Of a DNA stretch of 64,000 nucleotides, positions 63,861 to 64,000 are shown in pieces. The DNA lies in contig MU058781.1 in NCBI GenBank assembly GCA_013265495.1, positions 5,583,050 through 5,647,049 on the forward strand. The letters are read 5' to 3'. Numbering within the stretch: the first letter of the stretch is position 1; every line of letters starts with the position of its first letter. A program made the translations under genes and the position numbers. The stretch is from Vicugna vicugna. Taxonomy: Eukaryota. Under the pieces are notes generated by a model. The model did not search any database and was not told the DNA's origin. It saw only the letters and a list, made by a program, of their open reading frames with translations.

Positions 63861-64000
63861 TCAAGTTCAGCAGGAGCTGTTCTTTCCACGTGAACCCCTT
63901 GCACCTCCACCCACTCTGGACATATTTCTTTCAATGCAACTGTTTTTCATTTGGGTCCACTCTTTGATTCCCTAATGACAATCAGAGCTCTGAAAGGTAC

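Larger units (their letters stand above)
35515..64000 (-). other. ATXN1: ATXN1 large 5'UTR intron (continues beyond the window)
   Basis: Lies upstream of the 35514 acceptor; repeat-rich, no coding signal; ATXN1 is known to have several distant non-coding 5' exons. Confidence 0.75.

Noticed and set aside
1..64000. CRISPR arrays, tRNA/rRNA genes, operons or foreign inserts
   Set aside because: None seen; the window reads as continuous mammalian GMPR-ATXN1 sequence. Small ncRNAs cannot be excluded without an Rfam search.

Overview
Mammalian genomic DNA holding the tail-to-tail GMPR/ATXN1 locus. The repeat content suggests a cetartiodactyl, possibly a camelid (inference). Plus strand: the last three coding exons of GMP reductase 1 (GMPR; 2717-2759, 5474-5633, 8873-9053). 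Minus strand: the whole ataxin-1 CDS in two exons (35354-33450 and 19846-19316; 811 aa, only 4 CAG/Gln), a 160-nt 5'UTR segment with three upstream ATGs, and a ~7.2-kb 3'UTR ending near 12115. Position 35515-64000 is ATXN1 intron with old MIR, L2, L1, LTR and DNA-transposon relics (repeat boundaries are approximate, read by eye). I see no wholly new gene system. The most interesting signals: an intact out-of-frame Alt-ATXN1 ORF shortened by a silent change; a candidate alternative terminal exon in the proximal 3'UTR; a uORF cluster plus an in-frame GUG in strong Kozak context; a 19-aa segment flanked by microhomology that human ATXN1 lacks; and CTCF motifs bracketing both coding exons. Comparisons with human come from recall and need alignment to confirm.
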